Counted from the stretch's first letter, positions 1 to 12,071 are shown. The stretch: 64,000 bases of DNA from Protoeuglena noctilucae (GCA_958009085.1 OY253689.1:310001-374000), one strand, 5' to 3'. Notes: generated by a model from the letters alone, not told the origin. Numbers and translations are program-made.

Positions 1-3000
1 CGTGTCGGGCGCCAGCGCGCGCCGTTTCCGGCGCGCAAAGTCCCAGCCGCACCCTCCAGACGACGCACAATCTGCTTCTGCAGGTGTGGCTCGAGCACCA
101 TGTAGTTTCCAACGCGTTTCCCGCCCTCTGGGGCAGGCGCTGTGTTCAAACGCAGCTCGAGTCTCCCGGCCCCGGGCCTGTGAGACGATGGGATCCGACG
201 GCTCCCAGTGCAACATGCTTCTTTACGCGTCGCGTAGCGGGCGCCAACCCACCTCAGGGCGGCCGCGTCGCGCTGCTTGGGCAGGGTGCCCTTCTGGACG
301 CTCACGGAAGCCGTTCACGGCGTTCGCGAGGTATGTCGCCGCCCCCAAGCTACGGATTAGTTCCATTCTTTGCAAAATGCGCCATCCGCGAGGTCCCGGA
401 GCTGACGGTGCGCCACATCGCCGCGAGGGACGTTAGGCTCTGGACATCGGCCTGCCGGGGCCACGATGGCCGCTCTTGTCCCTCCAAATGAGTTTCAAAT
501 GCATTGTCCCGATGCTCTGCGCTGTAACCCTGCACAATCAGCCGCTATCTCGCAGCTGCTGGTTGGGCTGGCCTGGCTCGCAGCATACCCTGCTGATTGC
601 GGCCACGATGCGCTCAGGCCCCGCGCCACACCCGCCGGAGACGAGGTCTTATGTCCACTCAATGCTGTGTCGCCTGTCGTGTTAGAGCCTCAGGTGAGGG
701 CGCCTGTGTTGGCCTATGGCCGTGGCTGCAGTGGCGTTTTTGTGCCGTCGTGGCGCATGCTGTGTGTGCTCTGGTGGCACGCCATGGGCCTTGCGTCATG
801 GCCCACCGTCAGCCGGCCGGCTCAGGATCAGCCCAGCACTGTGCCGGTCGAGTGTCGGTCACGCGCTCTTGGCGCAGGACACCTGTCATGCTGTGAGCTC
901 CATTCTCAGAGACCGTCTCGTTGCTCGTTGCATCCAGGGCTGAGCAGAGGTGGCGGCACATGTGTAGCCGACCTGCTGTGTGCGGGCCTCAGAGACGGCG
1001 CTCCCCGCTGCTGTAAAGCGTGCGAGAGGTGAGTCTGGGGCCTGCAATTGGTCGCATAGGACGCCTTCGTCCCTCTTTCTACAGCGAATGTCGAGACCAG
1101 ACGCTGCCCTTTGCGCTTGACGTGTGGGGCACACCTGCTGTCATGCGCCTGTGCAGCTGCGCCATGGCAGGTGGCGGAAGGGAGACCCTGACATGTTGCT
1201 CGACGGCGCGCCCTTTGCTTCCCGGTACATGGATAGCGGCTGCCTTTCACATGCTCCTGGTCTTTTCACGAGGCAAGCGGCCGTGGTGGTGTGACCGCTC
1301 CTCGTGCTCGGTGCGTCTGCAGGCCGGCAGTTGCCGGAGGCCGAGCCTTGGCTGCGTGTCATCTCGGCTGTCTTCATTCCGCACCCTTCCACACCATGCT
1401 TACTCGGTGAGCGCGGCCCACGCGCCTGCGCTAGCGTATCGCTCACCTGCGCCATCGTATGCGACGTAAGGAGGCTGCCCCAGTGGTGTGTGGCAGCGGC
1501 CAAGCTGCGGCGGTTGGCAAGCGTGGTCCTCCGTGCTCTTTCAGAGTAGCTGCCTTCAGCACGCATCCATCTGTGCCTGGCCATGCCTTGCCATGCATTG
1601 TCGGAGGCTTGGGCACCTGACGCCACTGAGATGTACCGACAGACCCGCTGCCGGCATGGCCCTCAGCCAAGGTGCTCTACCTTGATGCCCGCAGAGCAAT
1701 GGGACAGGCGCGCGCTTGGTAGTGGCTGCGAGGTGAGCGGGGGTCATGAGCGGTGCGTCGGTGGTGTTGTAGCTGCAGGGGAGGGCGCTCGGTTTCCCGC
1801 CATCACTGCGCTGCTTTGCACGACACCTTGTGCCTCGCAGGAGTTAGGGCTGCGTGCTTGGTGCTGGCTGCAGTAGGTGTACGCGCGGCTGCTGCTGCTG
1901 CCTGACGTGTGCGAGGTGTGCTGATGGGTCGGCGTTTGTGGGCTGAGCTGGACTTGGTATGAGAGATGGGCTGGTGGGGATGTTGAGTGTGTTGTCGCCA
2001 GCAGGGCTACTGCACAGCACGTACAACGTCCCTACACAGTTTGATGCATGACCCCATGTCTTGCGCACAGCAACGGGGAGCCCAGGCTGTCAGCGGGTGG
2101 CGGACGTGCAGCAGAGTGATCCGAGCTTACGCGTGGGCGGTTGGAGGAGGGCTCCCCGCGAGGTGGAGGACTGAGCACGCGGGCGTCGGCGAAGAGGGCT
2201 TGGGAGGGGCGCGAGTCGGGTGCCGCAGGCAGCGTCCACGCCCCCTTCAAGGCGCGTCGCCGAGCGGAGGGTCGGGCACAGCACACGGCGCGCGCAGACC
2301 TGTATGCGCACGCGCGCAGCACATGCGCATCCTTTCCAGACGCCAAGCCCTCTGCGCCCTCGTCCCCCGCAGTCACATGTTTCGGCACCCGAGGCGGCGG
2401 GTCGTCGACGCAGGCCAGGCGATGCGCCCGTCAGGGCCGCTCGGTGAGGCATGTCCCTGTCCTGCCCGTGTCATCAGGCAAGCGCCGCCGGGCGCGCCCA
2501 TGCTGTTTCATCCTCCATTCAACACGTGAGCCATTCGAGGCGGGGCAGCCAGCCCGCGCCTGCCATTGCCATCGCTTGTGCTGCTGCTGCGGACTCGTGT
2601 AGCACCGAGCGAGCGAGCGCACCTCAGAGGTTTCATTAGAGCATTTCACTGGCCGCAGCAGGCGCTGCAGCCGCTAGCGTGCACCCGGACCCCGCTTGCT
2701 TTGCCCACGCGAGCCAGTTCTAACCCCGGTCGCGTACCGAAATCATTGAAGAACGTACCCACAGCGTACCCGTGACCCGCACCCAAAGCGCTCCGGCAGC
2801 GTTCCAGCAGCGTACCTGCGTTGTTCTGATCAGCGCGTACCTGCGTTGTTCCGATCGTGTTCCCCTGGAGTTCCCCCGTGTTGTTCCGCCTGCGTAGCAG
2901 ACCACGGCACCGCCGGCGTTCCGCCGGCGTTCCGCCGGCGTTCCCTTCTCAAGGGGAAAAAAACGTGTACCGCGCGGTACACGGTGAATCTCCCACCAGT

Positions 3001-4090
3001 GAGGGCACGTCGTGGGCTGCTAGTATTAGCCCTGGAAAGGTGGCGGACGCTGCCGGGGGCGAGATGTGACCGCATGGTTGCGATATATGAATGACGCCGT
3101 GGGATTAGAGTGTCCCTGTCGACTCTGGCGCATTGTGCTCCCGTCTGACACGGCGTTCGGGTCCATGAAGCCGTCTTCGGCGCCGCTGCTTGCGAAGAGT
3201 CGAGTGCGATCGTCAGAAGCAGCGCATCTCTTGTCGAGCGTGCGCTCGGTACGCTTGAATCCGACCCAGAGGACCCAAGCGCTTACGGGCTTGACGAGGC
3301 GAGGAGTCAGAGCGGCGAGCTATAGATCACATCATAACAGAGGTTGCTGTGTGTTCATCCGCCCGCTGCGATGTGCGGAGGCTACGCGCACGCCGGGCCT
3401 TCGTTGACTGTCGCCCACCGGCTGAGCATCTGTCGAGCGGACATTTTCTGCCCTGCTTTGGGCATATGCCACTGTCTTCGCTCGCACTTACACGCGCGGG
3501 GTGTCCGCGGGCGCCGGGAGATCCAGACGCGGGCCTAACCTTGTCGCGCTTGCTCGGGGCCCGCTGCGCCTGGTCGCGGGCCCCGACCTGCTATCGAGCA
3601 TGCTTTCGAGGGCATTTCTGAGACGAATCTCAGTTGGCAGGGCCTTTGGCGCCCGGTACCCTTTCCCGGCGCCGTCTTGGCGCTCAGCATGCCGAGGCCC
3701 GCCGTGCGCGCAGCCGGGACTTGCAGGCATCCAGGGCCTTCCGAGGCGGTCGCAGCAGAGCTAAATCCACTGCACGAGTCTGCACGATGGGAGGCAGGGC
3801 CAGCAAGCGGTCGCGGAGGTAACTTGAGCGCAACTAGGCATGTATGTCGATGCTTGCTGGCAGCTCGCAAACTCGCCGCGAAGTCGGCGCGTCTTGTTCT
3901 CGCAGCCGGCGACAGCGCTCCACTCCTGCGACCCCCGCACATGCCGCCCCCGCTGCGGCGAGCCGTGGGACCGAGAAGCCACTCGGAGGTGCGAAAGCAT
4001 GCATGGCTCCCTAATGGCTCTGCCAAATCGCAGCCGCCATGCCTCTGGTCTACCAGAGAGCCTCTCTCGCCCGCAGGGACTGCTGCGTCT

Positions 4091-6709
4091 ATGCCGCCAA
4101 CGGCCAGCGTCGTCGAGACCAAGGCGATGGTGGAGGTGGGCCCGGCAGCTGAGAGCGAGGCATCCTCGGAGTTCCTGGCGTCGGTCTCGGCCATGCAGAC
4201 GCTGGTGGGGAGCGGCGGGGCGCTGGACGGCGTCGTGGACAAGGGCGGGGTTGGGACGGAGGACGCGGCGCGGGCGCAGAGGGCCATCGAGCGCGTGCAG
4301 CGCGCCCTGCAGGGTGTGCCGGTGCTCAGCATGCTGGGGCCCGTGTGGGAGGTGGCGGGCGTGGTGTTCGGGATGTGCGCCCAGGCGATAGCAAACCGCC
4401 AGAACTGCTACCGCCTGGCCCGGTGCGTGCTGGTGTTGGCGACGCGTCTGTCGGCCATGGACCGCCACGTGCTGGCAGGGAGCAAGGTGGCGGTGGAGGA
4501 CCTTGTAAAGAGCCTGGAGAGCGCGAAGGAGACGGTGCAGGTGTGGGCGCACGGGCAATGGTTGGCAAGCACAGCATGTAGCCCCAGGCTTGCAGCTGCC
4601 TGTCAGGCGGTGCAACATGCAATCCCTGCTCTCGCGTCCGCAGCGGTACTGCGACCGCGGCAAGCTGGCCAAGCTTGTGTTCAGCACGGCGCACGCCGAG
4701 AGGTTCGTGGTCCTGCACCGCGACCTGGAGGCCAAATTCCACGTGCTGGCCAGCGACGTGGTGCTGATGGGCGGCAGCGACTACGCGGAGGACGAGAGGC
4801 TGCGAGAGGCGCTGCGCCGCGTGGCGGGCACGGACGACCCCAAGGCGCTCGCGGCGCTCGCGGCGCTGGCGCAGGACGAGGCCAAGGTGGAGGCGGTGCT
4901 GGCGGCGCTGTCGGTGTCGGACCAGGCGGTGGTGGCGGTGGTGAATGCGCACGCGGACCGGCAGTTCCAGCAGCAGGGGTCGCTGATCCGGCGCATGTTC
5001 GAGCAGCAGCGCGATGCGTTCGAGGACATCGCGAGGCAGCTGGCGGAGCACCGGCAAGCGGGCACGCAGGGACCTGTGGACTTCGACGGCGAGAGGGCGG
5101 CGACGGGTTGCGCGGAGTGGTCGCGGGAAGTGGTGGAGGCGGCGACGGGGGACTTCGAGTCTTCGCGGGTAGTGGGAAAGGGCGGGTTTGCGGAGGTATT
5201 TGCTGGGGAGGTGCATGGGGGGTCCAAGGGCGCCGCTCTGGCGGTGGCGGTGAAGCGGTTTATGGCAAAGGCAGACGCGGAGGACGTGGCGCGGCAGATG
5301 GCGACGGAGGCGGAGCTGCTGTCGGCGCTGCGGCACCGGCACGTGGTGCGGCTGCTGGTCACGTGTGCGGAGCCGCCCTGCTTAGTCTACGAGCTGTGCC
5401 GGGGGGGGACGCTGGAGGAGCGGCTGGAGGGTAGGCACGGGGGCTTATCTGCTGCCTCGCGGCTGCGGGTGCTGGCGGAGGTGGCGGAGGCGGCGGCGTT
5501 CCTGCACTCGGCGACGGGGCGCGCGGGGGGCGCCAAGCTGCAGGGGGTGGTGCACCGGGACATCAAGCCGGACAACATCCTGCTGACGGCGGACGGGGAC
5601 GAGGCGGAGGCGCGGCTGGGGGACTTCGGGACGGCGCGGGAGGAGAGCGAGCAGGCGCGCGCGACGCGGGTGGTGGGGACGTACTTGTACCTGTGCCCGG
5701 TGTACATGCGGACGGGGCTGGTTGGGCCGCAGACGGACGTGTACGCGATGGGGGTGACGGTGGCGCAGGTGGCGGCGGGGTGCCGCGTGGCCGACGTGCT
5801 TGGGGCACTGGCGCCGGGGGGGAAGCGGGAGCTGGCGGCGGACGCGGGGGCGGGGGAGTGGGTGGCGGGGGTGTTTGAGGAGTGCGTGGAGCTGGCGCGG
5901 TGGTGCACGATGCAGCAGGAGGACGGCGCGGCGCGGCCGGACATGCGGGCGGTGGCGGCGTACCTGCGGGCGCTGCACTACGTGGCGACGACGGGGCAGG
6001 CGGAGCTGCTGGACGCGATGCTGGGGGAGCTGAGGAAGCGGCGCGAGGAGGTGAGGGGAGGGGGTGACATTGGGTGCGCATGGTGAGAACGTCCGGGCAG
6101 GCGGGAGCTCGGATGTGCTCTGGGTGCAAACGGGTTAACGGGGCTGGCGCTGGCGAGCCGGGACTGGGAGTGCAGGGATGCCCTGTGCCCCGGGCGCGCC
6201 CGCAGGCGTTGGGGGGAGGGAAGAGTGCGGCGGCTGCGGGGCGGGAGGCGTGCGAGTGCAGCGTGTGTGGGGAGAAGAGGAGCGTGCGCGAGGTGGTGGC
6301 GTGCTCGAAGAGGCAGCACCGCGTGTGCGGGGCGTGCCTGGGGCCGCGGGCGCTGGTGCTGGCGGCGCGGAAGGCGGCCTTCACGGAGGCGGGCCACCTG
6401 CGATGCCGGGAGTGCACGGGGCGCGCGTGCGAGGGGGTGCTGGCGTACGTGGAGGTGGCGGCGAGGCTGGTGGAGGACGGGAGGAGCGCGGAGGCGGACC
6501 GGTTCATAAATGCTGCAGAGGAGAGGCTTGCTGCGGAGGAGAAACGTGCTGCGGAGGAGTGGCGTGCAGCGGAGGAGAGGCGTGCTGCGGAGGAGAAACG
6601 TGCTGCGGAGGAGTGGCGTGCAGCGGAGGAGAGGAATGCAGCGTTTTTGAAGCGTAAAAATGAGGAGTTGGAGTCGCTCATCCATAGCCATTTTTTCCCT
6701 GGCAACTAG
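4091..6709 (+). CDS. MLKL-N-terminal-like four-helix bundle + IRAK/Pelle-type Ser/Thr kinase + RING-HC finger + short coiled-coil repeat; 3 exons (4091-4540, 4644-6050, 6206-6709)
   Basis: Two GT-AG introns join the ORFs in phase 0. Kinase motifs: GKGGFAEV, VAVKR, HRDIKPDNILL, DFG, GTYLYLCPVY, DVYAMGV. The N-terminal helical segment (VAGVVFGMCAQAIANRQNCYRLARCV...LVKSLESAKETVQRY...LAKLVF...RFVVLHRDL) resembles the MLKL_NTD pattern. CSVC..C..H..CGAC..CREC fits a RING-HC finger. The kinase call is firm; the 4HB and RING calls are pattern-based. Confidence 0.85.
6512..6643 (+). repeat. Coding 18-bp tandem repeat (AAEE[K/W/R]R, about 7 units) with a 54-bp higher-order duplication
   Basis: gctgcggaggagaaacgt / gctgcggaggagtggcgt / gcagcggaggagagg.. 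occurs twice in the last exon of the kinase gene. Confidence 0.9.
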
Positions 6710-6752
6710 CTTGGCCTTGAAGTCTCCACTAGCAAACCCCTAGACTACAACA

Positions 6753-7081
6753 CGCACGCTGTCCGGGCACGTTTGGGGGGTGACCTCGGTGGCGTTCTCG
6801 GCGGACGGCGAGCTGGTGGCGAGCGGGTCGGAGGACAAGACGGTCAAGCTGTGGGACGCGGCGACGGGGGCGGAGGTGCGCACGCTGTCCGGGCACTCTA
6901 AGGTGGTGCACTCGGTGGCGTTCTCGGCGGACGGCGAGCTGGTGGCGAGCGGGTCGGCGGACAAGACGGTCAAGCTGTGGGACGCGGCGACGGGGGCGGA
7001 GGTGCGCACGCTGTCCGGGCACTCTAAGGTGGTGCACTCGGTGGCGTTCTCGGCGGACGGCGAGCTGGTGGCGAGCGGGTC
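6753..7081 (+). repeat. About 2.6 near-identical 126-bp WD40 repeats (HET-E-like high internal conservation); orphan fragment or possible terminal exon of the kinase gene
   Basis: Units 6753-6878, 6879-7004 and 7005-7081 encode RTLSGHxxxVxSVAFSADGELVASGSxDKTVKLWDAATGAEV. There is no ATG of its own, an in-frame TAG lies at 6741-6743 (also a possible acceptor AG), and homology ends abruptly mid-repeat. Confidence 0.9.
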
Positions 7082-7124
7082 CATGCCTTCTATTCCATGC
7101 ATGAGCCACGCTTCATCGTGCCAA

Positions 7125-9088
7125 TCATTCAATAACGACGTCGTCCAGACAGAAGCTGACCGAGTCTCCAGGTGTCTCAGACAGAAACTGGAACGTGATC
7201 TTGTTGGGGATGACGGTGGCATTGCACCGGAAGGACGACATTGGCAGCGCGTACCTGCAGCAAGTGAGCAACTGGTGGCTGTGTCTGTATTCCCACCAGC
7301 TCCACACTCGCGTCGCCCACTCCTCTCACACACTAGCCCCACGCTCGCCTGGTCCAGTCCCCGGATGTCGCGTTTGCCGGCACACCGCTCAGCACCGGAG
7401 CCTCGTCGCAGCCGCGGTCGGCCACGTGCGCCCCCAGCGTCGCACTTACCGAGTCGTAGTCAGACTGACTCAGGAACACTTTGAGGTCAGGGACCCTAAC
7501 AGTGTCCGGGGGACTGGAGGCAAGCGCACCAGCTGTCAATGTGACCTGTCCAGGCACCCCAGGCGCAGGGGTGGAGCCAGGCGCGATCTCAACCAGCCCC
7601 AAAGCAGCGGGCCGAAGGACTGGGACGGCGCCGATGGCGGTTGCGTTGGCAGAGGCCACCGGGGGGGCGTATGTCGGGCCACCCCCCGCCAGCCGCACCC
7701 AGAAGCTGAGGTTCTTCGCCCCACTGAACGGTCGCAGTCGATCATGGCACCCGCGGCAGTAGAAGGCCATGCCGCCCCCTGGGCCAACCGTCAAGCACAC
7801 GGCACTGCAGCGGTCGGGAAGGGAGGCGAGGCGTCGTGCATGCTTGCTGCACATGCACTCGCCGGACGTTAAGACATCAAATCCACGCTGTGCACCAGTC
7901 CCTCCTCACTTGGACCCATCCAGGCCAGCTCCCTTGACCATCAAGTCCTTCTCGGAATCTTCCCACGTATACCACGCCCACCCGTTGGGCTGATCAGTGT
8001 ACACATCGCGCACGGGCCACGCCTTGGACCCCTGGCGCAGGTCCAAGGGCTGGCGAGTGGCGCAGTCGACGGGGCGCCACTCAATGCCGATGATGCCATG
8101 CGCGGGGTGGGCGAGCTTCTGCAAACCAGGGGCGCCACTGGAAGAGACTCTCCATCAGCACGATCGGCTGCGTTCACAGCACGCCTGCCATCCTTCTGCC
8201 CCACACTCACATCAAATGCCCAGTAGCTGAGGTCCATCGTCGGGGTGTCAGCGCAGCAGTTCTGCTGGAGGCGGCACGTCGACGGGCAGTAGAGACATGG
8301 GCAAGTGTCGATTATGTGGATGAGAACAGGGTCCTTGTTCCAGCAAGTCGTGTACATGACACCGGTACCCTCCATCACCTCCACCGACTCCCTGCGAGGG
8401 CGAGGATGCAGTGCTCGCCAAAGTTATGCCAGCCTCCTCTCGCCTGCGTGTCGGGAGCACCCAAGCATGTCGTCGGCAGAGTAGGCAGCGCCCCGCCCAT
8501 CGCACTCACGCAGGCATCTTCCTCCCGATAGAGTCCTTCAGGCCTGGCACTGCCTCCCACATGGTCTGGTTGGAGCTGAGGCGCTGCATGGCCGTGGGCT
8601 CGTAGCGCTGCCCGGCGACGAGGTTGCGAGGCACGAACCCGTCCCGGCACCGCACCTCGTAGCACTGCCCGCACGAGCCCGCAGCGGTGGGGAAGGAGAA
8701 GTCAGAGAGAGCACCCACCGCGTCGTGGGGGAAGGGCAGGTCATCGTTACTCTGGGGCTGCCCAAGCCTGCGGCCCGCAAACCCGCACGCGGCGCCGAAC
8801 AAGTCGCCCCAGGCTCCCGCGCCGCCTTGACGGTAGGGCGCGTATGCGCTTTTTAGGGACGCTGGGCCGTCAAAGAACGTCGCTCGCCCCACCTGCCACT
8901 CGCCCGGCCTGTAGTCCGCGGGGAGCTGCGGATGCCTCAAGGCGAGCATCGCTTCGAAATGAGGCATATGATTTCGTCGCAAAGCACACGACATCCCGCG
9001 CATCGGTGCCGCTCACGTGCGCAGCCAGTGCCGACAGGGCGGGGGCGGCCACTGCCCATAGCGTGGCGATGGCGAGGCCAGCCAGCAT
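7125..9088 (-). CDS. Secreted expansin-like (DPBB) protein with a C-terminal beta-sandwich/CBM-like domain, paralog 1 (multi-exon)
   Basis: Signal peptide MLAGLAIATLWAVAAPALSA; motifs GRATFFDG, GAACG, GSCGQCYEVRC, IIDTCPC, MDLSYWAF-KLAHP, WRPVDC; ends FCLDDVVIE*. Colinear with paralog 2. Confidence 0.8.
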
Positions 9089-9365
9089 CCTGCGCACGCG
9101 CTGCAAATTTGTGACTGCAATGCAAGACCGTCAGGCAGCTGAGAAATGCTGAAAGCGCCTGCGAGACCGCGCCGGGGACGAGGCAGCCTCAGTGCAGGTC
9201 CTCCCGACCCCGCAGATACGTCAGCGATTGACGATGGCGCGTGGCTCCAGCTAAAAACTGAGCGTTCAACGATAGCAACTAACGCCATCTTCGCCCAAAT
9301 GCGGCGGCCTCGTGACAGGGCCATGGCCTTCTCTGGCACTCGCTGCAAGAACTCCTCACACTCGC

Positions 9366-11299
9366 TCAGCTGGCCGCGCTCGAGATCTGGATGTTGTCGA
9401 CGCAGAAGCTGGTGCTCTTGCTGGTGCTTGGGATGGCCTGGATGGTAATCTTGTTGAGCTGGTCTGCGATGTCGCCGCACTGGAAGTCGGAAAGCGGCAG
9501 CGTGAACTTGCTCCACGCGCCCTGCTGCTGAGCCGGGGTGTAGGACCGGAGAGTCGGGGACTGCCGGCATCCCGTGTCGCCCGACGACCCCGTGCTGCCG
9601 CTGTCCTCCGACTTTGACAAATAGACCTTGACGTCCGGCACCGCAGCTCCCTGCACGGGCATGTAGTTGGGCCCGCCCCCCGCCATGCGCACCCACAGGC
9701 TGAGCGCAGTCGCGCCCTTGAATGGGTCCACGGTCCCCACGCATTCCAGGCACTCGAACGCCATGCCACCATCGTCCGACACCGTCATGCACGCCGCCGG
9801 GCTGCGAGAAGCAGCATAAAACGATTCAGTCACATGCAGTGTGCTCCTGCACGCATACTGTATGTGCATGCAGTCAGCAGCACCCATCGCCACTTCCCAG
9901 CCGGCCTCGCCTGAGGTTGACGCCGGCCATCTTCACAATGAGGCTCTTCTCGGAGTCCAGAAACGTGTACCACGCCCACCCGTTCGACTGGTCAGTGTAC
10001 ACGTCGCGGATCGGCCACGCCTTGGACCCCTGGCGCAGGTCCAAGGGCTTGCGAGTGGCGCAGTCCACGGGGCGCCACTCAATGCCAATGATGCCATGCG
10101 CGGGGTGGGCGAGCTTCTGCAGACGAGGGCGTTGATAAAATGAGCAGGGGCGTCCAACAACTAGCCTCCTGACCGCAAGCAGCGCCGCTTCCGCACAGCA
10201 CGTTGGCCACTTTGGCACAGCACATTTGCCGTCACTCCTCGCCAACCAGGCACTCACGTCAAATGCCCAGAAGCTGAGGTCCATCGTCGGGGTCGGCGCA
10301 CAGCAGTTCCCCTGCTGGTGGCAGATGTGGCCCTTGGGGCAGTACTCGCACGGGCAGGCATCGACGATGTGGATGAACACCGTCGGGGCGTTGTCCCAGC
10401 ACACGGTGTACATGATCCCGGTCTTGTCCATTTCGGCGATGGCCTGCCTACGAGGGGTCTCTCGCAAGGAAGGCGTGGGGCAGGGGCTTGCTTGGCGTGG
10501 GGCTTGTGCGGCATGTGACTTGTGGGGCATAAGGCTTTCTCACGCGGCAGTTGACGCTGCGCGAGCCACTCACTGCGGCATGACCCTGCCCTGCTCGTCA
10601 TGGTAGTTCACGGCCGGCGCGATCTTGAACAGCGGCTGTCCTGACGTCAGGTTCTGCAGCCCCACTGGCTCATACGGGGTCTGCCCGCCTCTCAGCACGA
10701 ACCCGTCCCGGCACCGCACCTCGTAGCACTGGCCGCAGTACGCCTGCGGGGGTAGCCCAAGCGACGCTTGTTGAAAAGGTAGGTCGCTACCGGCTTAGTG
10801 CGCCGTGCAGAGCGCGATTGGTTACCGCGCTGGTGGGGAAAGACGTCGTGCTGATGGCCCCCGCTTGATCGATGGGAAACGGCAGGTCCGCATCCGTCTG
10901 CTGCACGCCTTTGCGTCGGTCGACAAAGCCGCAGCTGTTGCCGTACAGCACGCCCCAACTTGCTACACCGCCCCGCCTGTAAGGGGCTGTCAGCTCCTTC
11001 CACTCTGTCGTCCCATCCAGAAAGGTCGCCTGGCCAATGATCCAGTCGCCCGTGTTGTACCCGGAGCCGACGCTCTCGTTTGGACCCAACTGCAAGGGCG
11101 CCTCGGGCGTGGCATGCCCACTCCCAAGGGCCCACGCTCGCGGCTTTGGAACTGGTTTGCGCGGCTTCGTGGCCCGCGCTGCTCTTCACTATCGATCGGG
11201 ACATCCACTTACCATGTCAACCTTCTGCGCGAGGCCCGGCCCGGCCACAGCCAGGACGGCCGCGGCAGCGGCGACCAGCACTCGGGCAAGGCGCTGCAT
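9366..11299 (-). CDS. Secreted expansin-like (DPBB) protein with a C-terminal CBM-like domain, paralog 2 (multi-exon)
   Basis: Signal peptide MQRLARVLVAAAAAVLAVAGPGLA; motifs GQATFLDG, GNSCG, YCGQCYEVRC, IVDACPC, MDLSFWAF, WRPVDC; ends SFCVDNIQISSAAS*. Confidence 0.8.
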
Positions 11300-12071
11300 C
11301 CCGCCCTCCCCTCGCTTGCCCGTCTGCGCTATAGGTACGAATTATTAGATGAATTGCGATGTTTGGAACAGGAGCTGAAAAATCTGTCCTTTTCTTCGGT
11401 AAAGTGCGTTTCAATGTCAGGGGGCTTCGGTTTGACCACCCCGCGGCTCGTTGGGCCACGCGGGGTCGTTGACCTTCTCAATTTAGCGAGATATAAGGCG
11501 AGAAGTGCTTGTGTCTCGATAAACGCCTCGATATACTGCCGCGGGCCGCACCGGGTGCCGGCCCTCCCGGCGCGCGCGCAGCCCGCGTGGCGGTGCGTTC
11601 GCGGATTCATGGGTTTTAAACTCATCTAATTTAGCTTTACAGTGCCTTATTCGAGCCCCAGAGGGTCGTGTGGGACGCGCGCGGGACCTGAGATGCAAGC
11701 AGGCGTCCCTCCCGCCCGCGGCTCTGAGGAGCCGCACCCGCTCGCAAGGCGCCTCACCCTGCTGAGCATCGACTCCACAGAAGCGCACCAAGGTCCGCGG
11801 GGCTGAGCCGCGCCCTCCCGGCTCCGCGCGGCACCTGCGAGCGACGCACCAAACCGCCCTGTCGCCCCTCGCAGACCGCAATCTCTCGCCGTCCATCCTC
11901 GCCCTGGACTTCCTCCGCACGCCACGCTCCATCCACCGGACGTCGTCCGAGCCCGCCTGGTTCGCGCCGCCCACCACGCCATCTCCCCGCGAAGTCGAGC
12001 GCCTCCTGTCGTCTGTGCCTGAGGACCCCCTACCCCTTTGCATCAGCCCCGCCGCCAGTTCCCCACCGCCC

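Noticed and set aside
1..2700. Many overlapping ORFs of 60-190 aa
   Set aside because: No recognisable domain or consistent exon chain; long ORFs are expected by chance at this GC content. An unrecognised gene cannot be excluded.
3535..6705. Long antisense and alternative-frame ORFs over the kinase gene
   Set aside because: Shadow ORFs caused by extreme GC3 bias.
6753..7081. Possible CRISPR-like array
   Set aside because: Contiguous 126-bp coding WD40 units with no unique spacers, in a eukaryotic context.
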